From: Cycas panzhihuaensis
Taxonomy: Eukaryota > Plantae > Cycadophyta
Reading direction: 5' to 3'
Length of the DNA stretch: 64,000 nt
Assembly (NCBI GenBank): GCA_023213395.1
Contig: CM041465.1
Span: 136,035,741 to 136,099,740 of the forward strand
Part shown: one piece after another, positions 1 to 14,224 of the stretch
Position numbering within the stretch: position 1 is the first letter of the stretch
Layout: every line of letters starts with the position of its first letter
Translations under genes and position numbers: made by a program
Notes under the pieces: model-generated
Database searches by the model: none
Seen by the model: the letters and a program-made list of their open reading frames with translations, nothing else
Told to the model about the DNA's origin: nothing

Positions 1-1777
1 GATAAAAGGGATGGAGTCACCTCTATAATATTTTAAACCTTTAAAAATGGTAATATTATGAAGTATTAGGTATACATATACCCTCACTCAACCCCCAAAA
101 CCAAAATCTCTCACTTGTCTTTGATCTATTAGATGTATTAGGCAAGTAAGATAATAACCTTAAGTGTTGAAAGAAAGTATAGTTTCCTAATACTTATTTA
201 ATTTAGAAAAATAAATAGATAAGGCATAATAAAAAAGAATATTCTTTTTATATATTATCTTTCCTAATATAAATAGGAACTTCATGCATCTACAATTATT
301 AAAACAACAAAGTAGGTAAGCAGAAATGGTAAAATTGTATATTTAAGTAAGTAATTAAGCAAATAGAAGAGTCAAGGATTTGGCTTAACTATAAATACTC
401 CATATTTGTTTCTCTTTAGTAATTTTTCTCCTCAAAGTCATGTGATTCTTTATGTGGATATAGGTGACTTAGTCAAAATATTACATATTATAAGATGGTA
501 TCTTATTTATCTATTATAATAGCTTAGGATTAAGAGGGGGATGCGAAGATAAAGATACCAAAAGAAGACCTTCTTTTATTCATGGTAAAGGAAAGAAAGT
601 TAGACATAAGCCAAATATAAGAGGAAATCAAGAGTAGACAAGTAAAATTACAACTTAAGTAGGGTGGACCCACTCAAAATTACTCAAGAACTAAGGTTGA
701 GGTGTTTAAGTCAATGAAGGAAGGCCCTATGGCCCCTGTTAGGACATTGTGTGCCTTGTGTAGATGGATGCAAGTGAAATAATACAAAAGACGAATGTTG
801 TTTATTAATTAAAGAGGTGTTAAAAGTAAAATAAAGTGAATGCCTATTAATAATGTAATTAGAGAATAAATTAGAAAATAAATCATGCATGCTAAATAAA
901 TCAAATAAAGAGCTAACCATGAAAACCCTTTTGAAAGAGGCATATAACACATGAGAAATTTTTAAAAATTAGGATGGTTATCAAAGTAGTTATTCTCTAA
1001 AGTTATCACGATTCTATGGTCCTATTCGATAGTGAACTCCATCAAAGGTGGTGATCTCTTCTAATTCCATCCCACTAATGAATATATACAATGAACTCAA
1101 TAGATTAGAAAGGGGGGATTATTTAAGGGAAATAAATTATATGAAGTTAGACCATGCTTAGGGTGGGTATGCACACAATAAAGAAATCTAATTAATACAA
1201 AGCTTATTATCTATGGGTTTAGAGACTGATCACAACATATGTAAATCCTCTTCATGCCATAGATTCATAATATATGTATAATTTGATTTAGGCCTTGTTC
1301 CTTTCCATTCTTTTCTTTTGTGATTTAACTATATGGAAAAAAGAAAAAGGAGGAGAGATCTAGTATATGTAAACATATATCTTAGAAACTATAAATAACT
1401 AAAACACTTTTCTTTTTCTTTATTTAAAAAAGAGATAAGTGAGAGAAAATTATTTGATTTTTAAATGAATCTAGAAAAATCAACTTTTTTATTTACTTTT
1501 CTTTTAATGAAACTATGTTGAAAATGATATAAGAAGGGATGAGATTCTATTGATATAAAGCCAACACTAATTTATCACCTTTTAGCTTGTTAATTTCTCC
1601 TTCTTCACCACATAGGATAATACAATCACCTAAATTTAGTTATTAGATGCTAGTGAAATCTAGGAAAAATTTTATAGTAATTTTTCTTATTATATTAACC
1701 TATAATAGAATAAAGTTTTTGTGCTTTATAAAAAGAATAGAAATAAGCATTAACTCCATGTCCTCTCTTATGAGAAT

Positions 1778-2019
1778 TGTTAAAAATACTACCCAACTAA
1801 TGTAAATATTAAGCATAAATCTTTTATTATTTTGGGCCAACAGATGTTTATTTTTAGGTCTTATAGATCTATATATATCTGAAGATCTCCTTGTACTATA
1901 AAGCTTTTGGATCAATGTCATCGAATATTCTAAAGTAGGTTTTCCCATTGGATATCCATGCATATTTGTTTCTAAGATTAGTATATACGTTCAATATAGT
2001 TTTGCTCATGTTTTTAACA
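1778..2019 (+). repeat. 5' LTR of Copia B
   Basis: Direct repeat of 7234-7489; begins TGTTAAAA and ends TTTTAACA. Confidence 0.95.
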
Positions 2020-2031
2020 TGGTATCAGAGC
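2020..2031 (+). promoter_or_regulatory. Primer-binding site (initiator Met tRNA) of Copia B
   Basis: TGGTATCAGAGC immediately after the 5' LTR. Confidence 0.93.
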
Positions 2032-3776
2032 TTGGAGTTGTACGATGCTGCTGGGTGAGCCACATGGTGTCCTGCTATGATTGTTGGTTGTTTAGAAGGA
2101 GTTTGGTGTAGTGCAGAGTTGGTGCAGTCCATTTGATGTTTGAGAAGAGCTTGAAGGTGATTAGCCCTTGAAGTTGCTTTAGATACCCTTATGGCCTCAT
2201 CTAAAGGTACTTTTCAGTCTTTTCTTCCCTTCTCTCGCTTGATTGTCCTTGTCGTGTTGTATGCTTTCTCCTTTATATGCATATGTCTTTCTTCTTATTT
2301 GTATAATTTATAAATCCTAAAACTATTATAGATATGATGTCTTTATAGTCATTTTTCTTCAATTTTTATACCTGGCCAAACAAATCTTGGGTATCTTGAC
2401 TATAAGCATAACCCTTTATCATCTTTTGTTGTGCTCCTCCTCTTTAAGTAATCCATTACTCTTCTCCTCTATGGTTGTGTGTATATAGTCAGTTGTTTTG
2501 AGTAATTATTTGTAGTTTACCTACGCAATTTTCATCGTACTGTAGTTGACATCATCTCTGTGTTTATCCTCACAAGTTTTGCACTAGTTGGCACCCTCAT
2601 TGATTGTGTATGCACTTGTACATCACTCTGCATATCTATGTATTCACTCTCTACATATATGCGTTTGGTGTTACTATTCTTCACTCCATGTTTGGCGTAT
2701 ATACTACATGTTTGGTACTGCATATGTACATGTATATTTCTGTGTATATGCTCGCTAGTTTCACATTGGATTATCGTATGTATCTATATTGATTTTCTCT
2801 CATGTGACTATCTACATATCTATCTGTATGTTTCACATCTGATGATTGCATACACTGGATGTGCATACTATCGGCATGATTCCTCTTCTGTGTATACTTT
2901 TGTGTGATTGTTGTATATACCCTTGCATCTATCGTAATGCATATTTTCATACGTTTTTTGATGTGTATACCCAGTGCATGTCAACTGTACTTTATTTAGT
3001 TTTTGCATCATTCTTTATTTCTTTCGTGTATTTACAGTGAATTTTCACTGTCTTGAATATATTAATTATCACTTAATGTATTCGACAGCGTGTATTCACT
3101 GTGCATTCTGTGCATATACTCTAGCATTAGCACTTTACCTTTGTGTATATATTGTGCCATTTTTTATCTTCGTATTTGGGTGTATGCGTATTTATCATTT
3201 TTTGTGAACACTATTTACTGCCTGTGTTTGTTAGTACCTATCAGTATGATGATCAAGGGTGTTCTATGTTAGTTCGTGTAAGTCACCAACATCCATACAG
3301 CTATACACGGGAGTTATTTGGTATTTTTGGTGCAGTTAGGGTTTGTACAGATCACTACAAATCAAATAGACAATCCAGATTTAATGATGCATATTATGGT
3401 TCCCATGGTGAGATGCATCGTATATTGCAACCTTATACAATAGTGTATCATTACCCTTCATTGATTTTTTTAATGAAGGCTTCAAAAATCAATGGTGGTC
3501 TTAATTAATGTTTGCTTTAAGGGCTATTTATATTGAGAAGTATTCATGAATTTGAGTTGGAGTAGAGTATTTTGGCAAAATTGTTTAATATTTGGGTGAT
3601 AAGATTACATTGATTTAAAATCATTTTAATATCAGACTTGGGAGTTTTGGTTCATATGTTTCAGATTTTAAAGTGCCTGGCTTGAGTGGAGCATGAGTTA
3701 TGATTTTAAATCTAAAATTTAAGAAGGGTATTTAAGTTAGTTGGATTTCTAAGACATTTTGCTATTTAATTTAGTC

Positions 3777-6700
3777 ATGGAGAATCTTGCACCATTAGTT
3801 ACGTTTAATGGAAATAATTTTAATGAGTGTAAAGTACACATGGAGCTCATTTTAATGGTAAATCAGTTATGGGGAATCACTAAGCCACCTTTGTTAAGCC
3901 TACCTTTGGATAAAAAAGATTGTGTACATGTCGAAGAGAGACAGTTTATGGTTGTTGGGTTACTTAAACTGTCTTTGGCTCCCAATCAAAGAGCTTTAGT
4001 GCACAATCTTGAAACTCCATATGAAATATGGACCAAACTGTGTGAGACTTTTGAGAAAAAGAAGACAAATTGTCAAGTTGCCCTCATGATGGAATTGTTG
4101 AGTGCAAAGGTAGAAGATGAAAACAACATTAGTGCCTTCTTAAACAAGATTATTGATTTGAGAAATAAGTTGGATGAATTGAAATTAAACTCAATAGATG
4201 ATGCTTTATTATTTGCCATTATTATGTCAAAATTACCAGTTGTATTTGCCACCTTTCAGACAGTTTATGGGAGTGATGAAGCCATGGAAGGTGAGTCTTT
4301 TGAGTCCTTAAAAAATCTAATCTTAACTGAAGATGCCAAATTGAAGCATCATGGGATGCTTGGTGGTTCAGTTTTAAATCAAGCCTTGATAATGAAGACA
4401 CAGAAGAAGGATGTATTCTATGAAAATAAGTCTACATAGAAGATTGATGAGACCTCTCATGAAAAGAAGAAGTTAGTGGGAAGGTGCAACTATTGCAAAA
4501 AACATGGTCACAGGTAAAGAAATTGTTGGATCAAGAAACGGGACAAGCGCAAGGTAAGTTGAGATGACAAGGGAAAAAGTGTTACAGCACATTGTATTTG
4601 GGCATCAACAATGTCATTTGAAAAGAAAGATTATTAGATCCTAGACTCAGGTACTAAAAAATATATCACTTATCAAAAACATTTTTTTGATGCCTTAAAT
4701 ATAGGTTCTATTGGTGCTAATATGATTCTTGGAGATGCGAGTGTTTTGCCCGTAGAAGGTATTGGAACTGTTTCACTTGCAGGTGGAAAATTTGATGGTG
4801 TTTATTACGTGCCTCAAATGAACCTAATTCTTCTCTCATCCTAGGAAATTTGCAAGTAAGGTATAAAAATAGAGCTCTACAATGATAAATGTTTAATTAA
4901 AGATCCAAAGAAATACTTCTCTATTGTTGCTACTAGGAAAGTATGGGATAACTTTTGGGTGTTTAAGTCTTTTAAAACCTAGCAGGATTCTTATATTTTC
5001 ATTTCCAGTGCTGATGATATGAGTAAGTTATGGCATGAAAGATTGGGTCATCTTAACTATGGTAGCATCAATTTAATGAATCGATTGGAGATGGTAATTG
5101 GTTTACCTCAAATTCAATGTCCAAAGGGTGCTTGTGAAGGATGTATGTATGCAAAACATCATCATTATCCTTTTGCTAGAGATAATGCATGGAGGGCAAA
5201 AGAGAAACTTGAACTTGTCCATACTGATCTAATGGATCCATTGTCAAATCTTTCTATTTCTGGAGGTCGCTATATACTTGTGTTTGTGGATGATTTCAGC
5301 AGAAAAACCTGGGTTTTCTTTTTAAAGAATAAGTCTGATGTATTTGATAGATTTTATGAATGGAAAACTTGTGTTAAAAATGAATGTGGTATGAAGATTA
5401 AGAAATTAAGAAGTAATAATGGAAAGGAGTATAATAATAATGCCTTTCATCAACTCCATCTTGCCAATGGTATTAAGTAGGAATTTACTGTTCCATATAC
5501 CCCACAGTAAAATGGTATAGCAGAAAGAAAAAACCATACTATAATGGAAATGGTGAGGTGCATGGTACATGGTAAGAGTTTGCCTCCCAAGTTTTGGGCA
5601 GAAGCTATGGCGACAGTAGTTTATATTTTGAATAGGGTACCTGCTTTTGTTGTTCGTGGCATTACCCCTGAAGAATATTAGACTGGCTGGAAACCTTCCA
5701 TTAATTATTTTAAGGTGTTTTGGTGCATTACCTATGTACACATCCCAAATAAACATTGAACCTAGTTAGCTGCAAGTGGGTCTAACAAGATAAAGTATCA
5801 CTCCAATAGTGAAGTAGACAAGTATAAAGCTAGACTTGTAGCTCAAGGTTTTAAACAAAAAGAAGGAATCAATTATGAAGAGACTTTTGTATTGGTCTCT
5901 AAGATTTCAATGGTCTGATTGATCATTGCTTTAGTAGCTACTTTTGGTTAGGTGTTACATCACATGGATATAAAGTCTGCTTTTCTTCATGGAGATTTGA
6001 AGGAGGAGATTTACATGGCCCAACCTCTAGGTTTCATGAAGAAAAGACAAGAGCATTTAGTGTGTTGATTGAAGAGATCTCTTTATGGCCTAAAACAAGC
6101 ACTATGTGCTTGGTATAAGAAGATTGATGCTAGATTAAAGGATGATGGTTTTATGACAATACATTTTGAACCAAGTCTTTATATTAGAAAGAAAGGATCT
6201 TCAATTGTTCTTGTTATTTTGTATGTGGATGACCTTATTATTACAGGTAATAGTAATAGGACAATTGCAAATACAAAGACCTTTTTAGGTTATAACTTTG
6301 ATATGATAGATCTTGGTCCTCTCCATCACTTTTTAAGCATCAAGATTAGGCAAATGAAAGATCGTATCATGATGTTGCAGACAAGGTATACCTAATCCCT
6401 ACTTGAGAAATTTAGAATGAAGGATTACAAACTGGCTAAAATACCATGTACGAAAGGCACACAACTTGAGAAGAATATGGATAAACCAGCTGTAGATGGG
6501 ATATTATATCGGTAATTAGTAGGGAGTTTGATTTATCTAACTCATACTAGACCTGATATTGCCTATGATGTTGGATTAGTGTCTTCTTTTATGTGAAATC
6601 CCCAAGATCCATATTTGAATGCAACGAAGAGGATTTTGAAGTATATTAAGGGTACACTTAATCTGAGTCTTGAATACCTTCATGGTAGTAAGGCAAAATT

Positions 6701-7150
6701 GTATGGGTATATAAATGTTGATTGCGATAGAGATGTTGAAGACCAAAAATCAACTGCAGGGTATATTTTTGGCATAGGAAATGGGTTTGTCTCTTGGCAA
6801 TCCAAAAAGTAATCTACTATGGCCTTGTCTTCCATAGAAGCAGAGTATTAAAGTTTAAGTGTTGATGCAAGGGAATCTATATGGTTACAGGGACTTTTGG
6901 AGACACTTGGCATATCATCTAGCACTCCAATTATTAATTGTGATAATCGAAATACTATTCAACTTTCAAAGAATGTAAAGTTTCATGCACGTATGAAGCA
7001 CATCGAAATCCATCACCACTACATCTATGAGTTGATCAAATCAAGAAAGATGTAGGTTGAATATTATCCAAGTGAGGAGCAGTTTGCCAATATGTTCACC
7101 AAGGCTCTTACTGAAGATCAGTTTTTGAAGATTCATGTACATTTGGGACT
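3777..7150 (+). pseudogene. Copia B gag-pol pseudogene
   Basis: Gag ORF (MENLAPLVTFNGNNFNECK...), zinc knuckle CNYCKKHGHR*RNC (~4485-4527), protease LDSG (~4641), LWHERLGH and integrase FVDDFSRKTW, RT YVDD (~6221), RNase H FVSWQSKK. Many stops and frameshifts. Confidence 0.93.
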
Positions 7151-7233
7151 TAGTCTTGAAGGAGAATCTATTTTTTAATACAAAAGTTAGACACTTCATT
7201 ATTTTGAAGACCAATATTTACATTAAGGGGGGA

Positions 7234-7489
7234 TGTTGAAAATACTACCCGACTAATGTAAATATTAAGCATAAATCTTTTATTATTTTAGTCTGACGGA
7301 TGTTTATTTTTAGGTCTTACAGATCTATATATATATATATATATATATCAGAAGATCTCCTTGTACTCTAAATCTTTTGGATCAATATAATCGAATATTC
7401 TAAGGTGGGTTTTCCTACTGGATATATGCGCGTATTCGTTTCTGAGATTGGTGTGCACGTTTGATCTAGTTTTGCTCCCATTTTTAACA
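7234..7489 (+). repeat. 3' LTR of Copia B, with expanded (TA)n
   Basis: Follows the PPT, matches 1778-2019, and is followed by TSD AGAAT. Confidence 0.95.
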
Positions 7490-7716
7490 AGAATTTATAA
7501 TCAATTTAGATTGACAAGAGGAGGGTGGGCATTAAATTTTCATTAATTTATATGTGGTTTTGATTTTAAAAAGGGATAAGTATATACCATTTTATTTTTA
7601 TAATGGTGTTTCTTATGCTATTTTATTTTTTATAATAGTACATTATATACTATCATAATTTTTACAAATGGTATATAATGTATTATTATATTTTTTATAA
7701 CAATATATAATGTATT

Positions 7717-10700
7717 TGTTAGCATTAAAAATGTAATCTATAACAAAACATCTAATAGTGAGTAATGATAGAATAATAAAATACAAAAGAAATGAAGTAT
7801 ATACATAATAAATATCTTATGTGGAGAATTGACTAAAACTCAATTAGAGAGAATGAAAAGTGCATATACATGCTTACCATTAATGAGAGAATCTCATTAG
7901 TTGACTTAGAGGTGATACACATCTCTAGTTGGTCCACAACCTCTAATATAAAAATACAAATGAATAAAGAGAGTTTATATAAGGTTAATGTATGTAATTA
8001 GGTATTACAATTAAAATTCCTCTCTATAATAGTCAATTATATAAAAGATTATCACATCAAATAATAAGCTTGAGTCTTCAAAAATACGTTAAATCAAATG
8101 TTATTGTATATGAATAAAACGTTGTCGATGTCCATATGAAGTAGAGTCCATCTACTATAATGCATGAGTCCTCAATTGCTGCAACTGCCAGTTGAGTTGG
8201 AACTCCTTTTGTGTACATGGATCAATCAAAGCTAGTAAGAGTAGCTGTAAAAAGTCCTACCCCTTGTTCATATAGAAGTACAAGTAGAAAAATATATACA
8301 TAACACATGGTAGGTACGAGAATCTTTTAAAAGTATGTCCTACCTCTTGTTAAATGGGACTATCACTTCTTCGGCATTTAATAGTTGGAAATACAATAGG
8401 CTCTATGGCCACAAATTTGCCACATGGGTTAAAAAATGCCTCTTTGGATTATAAAACTTGCCATCATGGGTAAAGTAACTAGCAATAGATATTTTTACAT
8501 AACTTAAAAATGATAGATGTGACTCGAATATAGCATACATATCTCTCTCATCTAATAAAGTATAAAATGAACTCAATGGGTTCTTTAAGAGCCAAAACAT
8601 TAAGACCATGGTATACGTTATCCCTCGTATTTGGGGTACACCATATCATAGAGCCTTGAAAATGTAATATGTCCTTGAAGAAGCTAAGAAAAACTAAAGA
8701 AAAATATAAATATGTGATTTTGAATTGAAATTTTTTTATAGAAACAGCTCCAAAAGATGTCAAATGAAAGGCCTCTCTGTTATGAACCTAATGCAATAAA
8801 CAAGACTAAAAATGGAGGCATGTAGCTCAAGATATTAATAAAAACATGATAAGTAGTCTAAAAAATGATGAAACTAAGGATTAAGCCCCTTTCACTACTG
8901 GCGGTTGGTCATGTGTAAATATTATGTGAACTAGTAGTTGATGGATTAGGGGCTAGACATAACCAAAAGTGTTATTTAATATAATTAAAATTTATTTTTT
9001 AAATGCAATAAAATATTAATCAGTTTAATAACTAAGTCACCACATCTTCCAATTAAAAATACATGCCAAATAAAATATATCATTGAAAATATTATAAACC
9101 CTAAATTTTTAAGGTTATTTCATATTTTCGAGTCACCATCGGAATATGCAGGTCGCCATTGATAGCAACTGCCACCATTGATGAAGTGAAGGGGGTGACA
9201 TAGATCATTCATCCTACACCTTCTTATACATCTCGGGGTAGTACATCAAATTCACCATAGTGTTTACAAGTTTAACAGTGATCGTTCCCACTACAATCTA
9301 ACATGCTTTCCAAATTTAGCACCTAAGTTACATAATTAATTTTGCTAGAAATATAATGCAAGTAGTGATAACCATCTTCATATAGACATCCAATGTACTG
9401 AAAAATTAGGTGCATACCATGCTTCCTAAACATGTTGGTAATTACTCCTTTTCAGGGGGGGAAGACAAAGGGGAAGCTAATCTTGAATCGACTAGCTTCC
9501 CCATGTATGGTATTCTCTTGGGACCTAAACATATCACCATTCTTACCTAGAAATGAGTCAAACTTGATCTTCTTGTAGGAATGTCTAAACGAATCCATGT
9601 AAAAAAATTAGGAGGTCACTAAGCCCAAATGACCATGAGGAAACTCATAACAGAGCCAACTTAGAGGACACATAGAGCAATAGAGAATAAACCTACCCGA
9701 CCTTCTTTGTGGGTAGAAGCCCTCACTGAGCTTAAATCTAAAATATGACCTAATAACACGAAAATCATAAGAAATGCCAAGGAATCATTAAGGAAACCCC
9801 TTTAATGAGAGGAACATGGAACATTACTTTTTAGCCACTAAGCATAACATAATTAGTTCCATCAAGAATAGAATTAGACACATATGCTACTTTAGCACTG
9901 GTAGGGGGAGGAGATTTAATCATGAATTCTAACATTTGTGTTGTAGTAACAATAGGTTTTCCAAGGAGATTGCACTTATAAATCATCATTTCTGAGCCAA
10001 AAAATATATTTTCAACTAGAATCTACATATTAAGGTCTCCATGAGTAATGTTATAGAGAAGCTATGAGTGAGCCTAGAAAACATCATCCACCATATTCTA
10101 AAAGCTCTTTATATATAGTCTTTCTCTCTACAGATCTGACAACTGGCTGCTCACCAATAAAGAGATTTGGCAGAACCCTTATTTTCTTTTTTTTTTTAGG
10201 AAAATACATAAGAACATAGGGCAAATTTTGAAGGCCATGAATACAAAATTTTTGAATTTTATTTTCTTCAATATAGTAAGTCATAAAGAGAGTATATATT
10301 AGCAGAAATATATAGGATCTTCATTCACTTATAAGTATGTAAAACCTTTCAAAATGAAGTCACTCATGTCCAAGAAAGACTCTCTCAAGTTTTATCAATG
10401 ATCTTGTTACATTCTTGTCTATTGACATGTAAAGAAGATAGTCATCTAGTAATTGGAATCTGTACAAGGAATTTTCATGGACTTTCACCTGCATATAATA
10501 TTATTATGGTGTCACATACATAGGAGATGTCCACTTGAGCAACTTTAACAAGCTTTAAACAACTATAAAAAACTTCAAAATGGGCTTGAAAGCAACCTCA
10601 CATTAACATCAAAATAGCCCCTCAAAATTTGATAACAATCCTATAAGAAAATATGTGTAAGATATAACTTAAAATAATCTTCAACTCACTAAGTCATAAA

Positions 10701-11118
10701 GCAGACACATCAAAAAAAAAATTACAAGGCTTAAAAGATCAAAACAAGGATAACATGTACCAGGGTTTGCAATGATGTCCTTAAGGATTAAATCTTGGGT
10801 TATGGTACCATATTAGAATTGAAAATGCAATCTATAATAAAACATCTAATGGTAAGTAAATAATGAAATAATAAAGTATAAGAGAAATGAAGTATGTACA
10901 CAATGAATACTTTATGTGGAGAATTTGCCAAAATTTAATTAAAAAGAATGAAAAGTACATACTTATAATACATACTCACCATTAGTGAGAGAACCCCATT
11001 AGTCAACTTAGAGGTGGCACACATCTCTAGGTGGCCCACAACTTCTAATATAAATATACAAATAAACAGAAAGAGTTTGCATAGGGTTATAATATATAAT
11101 TAAGTATTACTCCCAACA
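7717..11118 (-). mobile_element. Non-autonomous, internally deleted Copia element C (~3.4 kb)
   Basis: Diverged direct repeats 7717-~8016 and 10811-11118. Perfect TSD GTATT (7712-7716 and 11119-11123). Decayed Met-PBS reverse complement (..TGGTACCA) ending at 10810, PPT complement TTCCTCTCT at 8017-8025, minus-strand Copia RT motif WTLLHMDIDN (~8120-8150). Confidence 0.88.
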
Positions 11119-12499
11119 GTATTATTATAAAAAAAGATATTATACTAGATTCTATTATGGTATGAGCAAAATAATTAAAAATATATATATAATAATTACA
11201 AAAAGTGAACAAATAAAAAGTGGTTAAATAAGAGGAAAAATGATGTCAATGAGAGCTTAGGATATAATGAGAATTTTTTTCTTTATTAAATTAAGCATGG
11301 GTGTATAGTTTTTATTATACCACTAAAGTCATTTATCATCATAGGCTAAAAATGCACGCATCCATCATCATACTACATGTAAACATCACTCCATACACAC
11401 ACACATATATGAAAGTAAAACAAACTGAAAAGACAATAATAAATACATACATGAGTTATTTATGCTAAAATATTTGAGTGATAGAATCTCATATTCTATG
11501 AAATAGAAATAAATCATAATCTAATAAGATCTCACTTTACTCTCTTAAATCTTGAAATATTCACTCAATGAAGCTAAAATGATGAATGCAAAGAAAAATA
11601 GGATATTAATGCCAAAATAGCTAACAAAATACTCAAATCACCTATCTCAATTTTTTGTCACTTACTTCTTTTCTTTGTTTCTACCTTCACTTATGCTTGA
11701 AAAATCCTCCCAATCAATTCCCATCTTTGTGTATCCTTTTATAATCTAATTTATATTGATCTATTATAGCCAAATTATCCCCCTCTTCTCTCACTTCCAT
11801 CCTTTTTCTATATTGAAATTGAGCAATAATGAATAGAAATTAGGAATCAAGATAACTCAAAGGGGATAAAATGACAAAGTATAGGGGTGGGGGTAAGGAA
11901 GGGAAAGCAAAACAAATTAGTTTTTTATTACATACAATTGGCAATACACTAAATATTTGATAGACATTATAGTATTCTTAAGATACCATGCTAAATTTAT
12001 AGAAGATTATAGTTTTTAAAGAAGACTATGATACTAAATCATAGTAAATTTTACAACACATAAAACATAATCTAGCACTATGATTTAGATAGATAAATGT
12101 AATTTGTGAACAAAGACAAAGTGCAAGGCCATGATAAATATAATAATAAAAAGATTGTGATATTAGGGAATAAGTTCCATAATTATTTATCAAAAAGATT
12201 ATAGTATGATGAAAAAGACCATGGTTTTAGCAAAAGATTATAATACCACACTATTATAAATGTAAATAGAAATTTTTAGAAGAGAAAATAAAGGAAAATT
12301 ATGGTTTATATATTTAACAACTAGCTTTTCTTGGTCAACACATGATTTTAAGTTTAACATCACTAGTGATAAGGGGGGTAGTACATATTATTATATCAAA
12401 GTATATCAATAATCACACCATATTAGTTAATTAAATTATAAAATAAGGATCATATTTGATAACTTTTAGAGAGCTAAAAACTTATGAACATTTATATCC

Positions 12500-13250
12500 T
12501 TAGTGATAGAATATATTCAAATAAGTGGTACAAAATATTAAATGTTGCCAATGCATCATTATTAAAAGAATATTTCAAACATCTAGTTGACTAGAAAGTC
12601 TATTTTTATATTATAGGATCTCATTATGTGATGGATCTAGACATGTGAAACATATATTAATAGGGATGTGGTTGAGTTTATAAGTATACAAAGTTAGAGA
12701 TTTTAAGATTGACAAGTCTAGGTCAATTGTTGAGCCATTAAGAGGTAATCTGTGTAAAGGACTTATTTACAATTTAGGTATAGATTACATCTTCTAATAC
12801 CTTATTATTATAGCATACTCAACTAGTTTATTATTTATGATAAGGAGAAATAGTCTTATATTTTCTAAAACATGACCTTTGAGGCTTTTTATAATCTAAG
12901 TTACCATAGAGGGCTTAGGCCTTCCTTAACTTCCCCCACCTATATAAATTATAAATGTCATAAGGAAATGTAGTATTCCCCTAAAAGGATATGTTAATAG
13001 GCTATTAGATAAGTGAATGAAGTTTGAAAAATAATTAGGAGGAGTATTAATAGTAAAAATCTCATCCCAAATCTAAGAAAGGCATTCATAAGTTAGTGCA
13101 TGAATCTAATGGGAAAAGGCCACAGCAAGATTTGATCAATATGAGAGTTATGATAAACCTATCCCATGTCATATCAAAGTCATTGAATGGTATATCTAAT
13201 TTAGATCTAAATTAGATATTAGTAGGTATAAATGAGATTAACACACAACC
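12500..13250 (+). pseudogene. Very decayed PMD-like ORF remnant, antisense to pol of element A
   Basis: Patchy similarity across frameshifts to the PMD ORF at 38421-39134: D*KVYFYIIGSHY..DGSRHVKHILIG versus D*RLLVDIVSHWDRRRHVFHLP*VG. Same position relative to pol. Confidence 0.4.
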
Positions 13251-14058
13251 TACCTCAACTATGAAGATGGTATAACTATTTAGTAATTTATTAATCCTCT
13301 TATTTCTTATTTATTAATGGTTAAATAGGAATTTATCTAATAAGTGCTTTAGTTAGCTATAATTATGAATGAAAATCTTTGAATAATACACTCTATCTAG
13401 ATTTGAATTACACAGTGGTAGGTAGAGATGAGGTTGTCGTACAACCTACCCTAGATGCTAAGATGAAAATTTAAGTAAAAGTGGGGTATAAATATTGTCA
13501 ATTATCTTGTGAATATTCTTCTTAGTTAGGTTACAATATGATGGCTTCGTTCGAGTATTTTTTATCCTAATTAACCTTAGGATAATGGATTCTTAAACTC
13601 ACAGTCCTCTAATCATAACTTTTTTAGTATAAGAGTGTAATACACGTCTATACAAAAGGGAGTAGGATGCCATCTAGTAAACTAGAAGCCTTTTCATATG
13701 GCTAAGAGTTTTCAATGAATCCAAATTTACTTGTAAGGTAAATATAAGACTATTTATAAAAGAAACCTATGTGGGAGTTGGGAGTCATTTCATATTGTGA
13801 GGAAGTGGTAGGGAAGAGAAATGGTTTGATATCCTAGCTCAAAGTGGAGACTCTTGATTATAAAGACTAGTAATTCTGATGATAATATCAATTAGGTCCT
13901 CTAGAAGTGATGTTTCAATCTACATGTAAAGTATATTTATGGTGGAGATTAGTGCTAGGTTTGAGCTTAGTGACTTTGAAATATGTAAAAGTACATGTTA
14001 AGTATATAAATGTCATTTAAAAAAAAGAAAAATCTAATTTGAAATTAAAAATATATAT

Positions 14059-14062
<4 letters not shown>

Positions 14063-14142
<80 letters not shown>
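14063..14142. repeat. (AG)40 microsatellite
   Basis: Perfect 80-bp AG run. Confidence 0.98.
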
Positions 14143-14147
<5 letters not shown>

Positions 14148-14224
14148 AATTAATCTCTAAAATAGTACACGTCTCCTTGTCAAATTAATTAAGTGATTCA
14201 CTTATGGGGAGTCATAGTTGATTC

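Larger units (their letters stand above)
1778..7489 (+). mobile_element. Ty1/Copia LTR retrotransposon B, both LTRs present, internally deleted and pseudogenised
   Basis: LTRs 1778-2019 and 7234-7489 (TG...CA). Perfect TSD AGAAT (1773-1777 and 7490-7494). PBS TGGTATCAGAGC 2020-2031. PPT AAGGGGGGA ending at 7233. Domain order gag-PR-INT-RT-RH. Confidence 0.97.

Noticed and set aside
2532-3508. Cluster of overlapping hydrophobic ORFs
   Set aside because: By-products of a low-complexity TGTATA-rich leader; no domain motifs.
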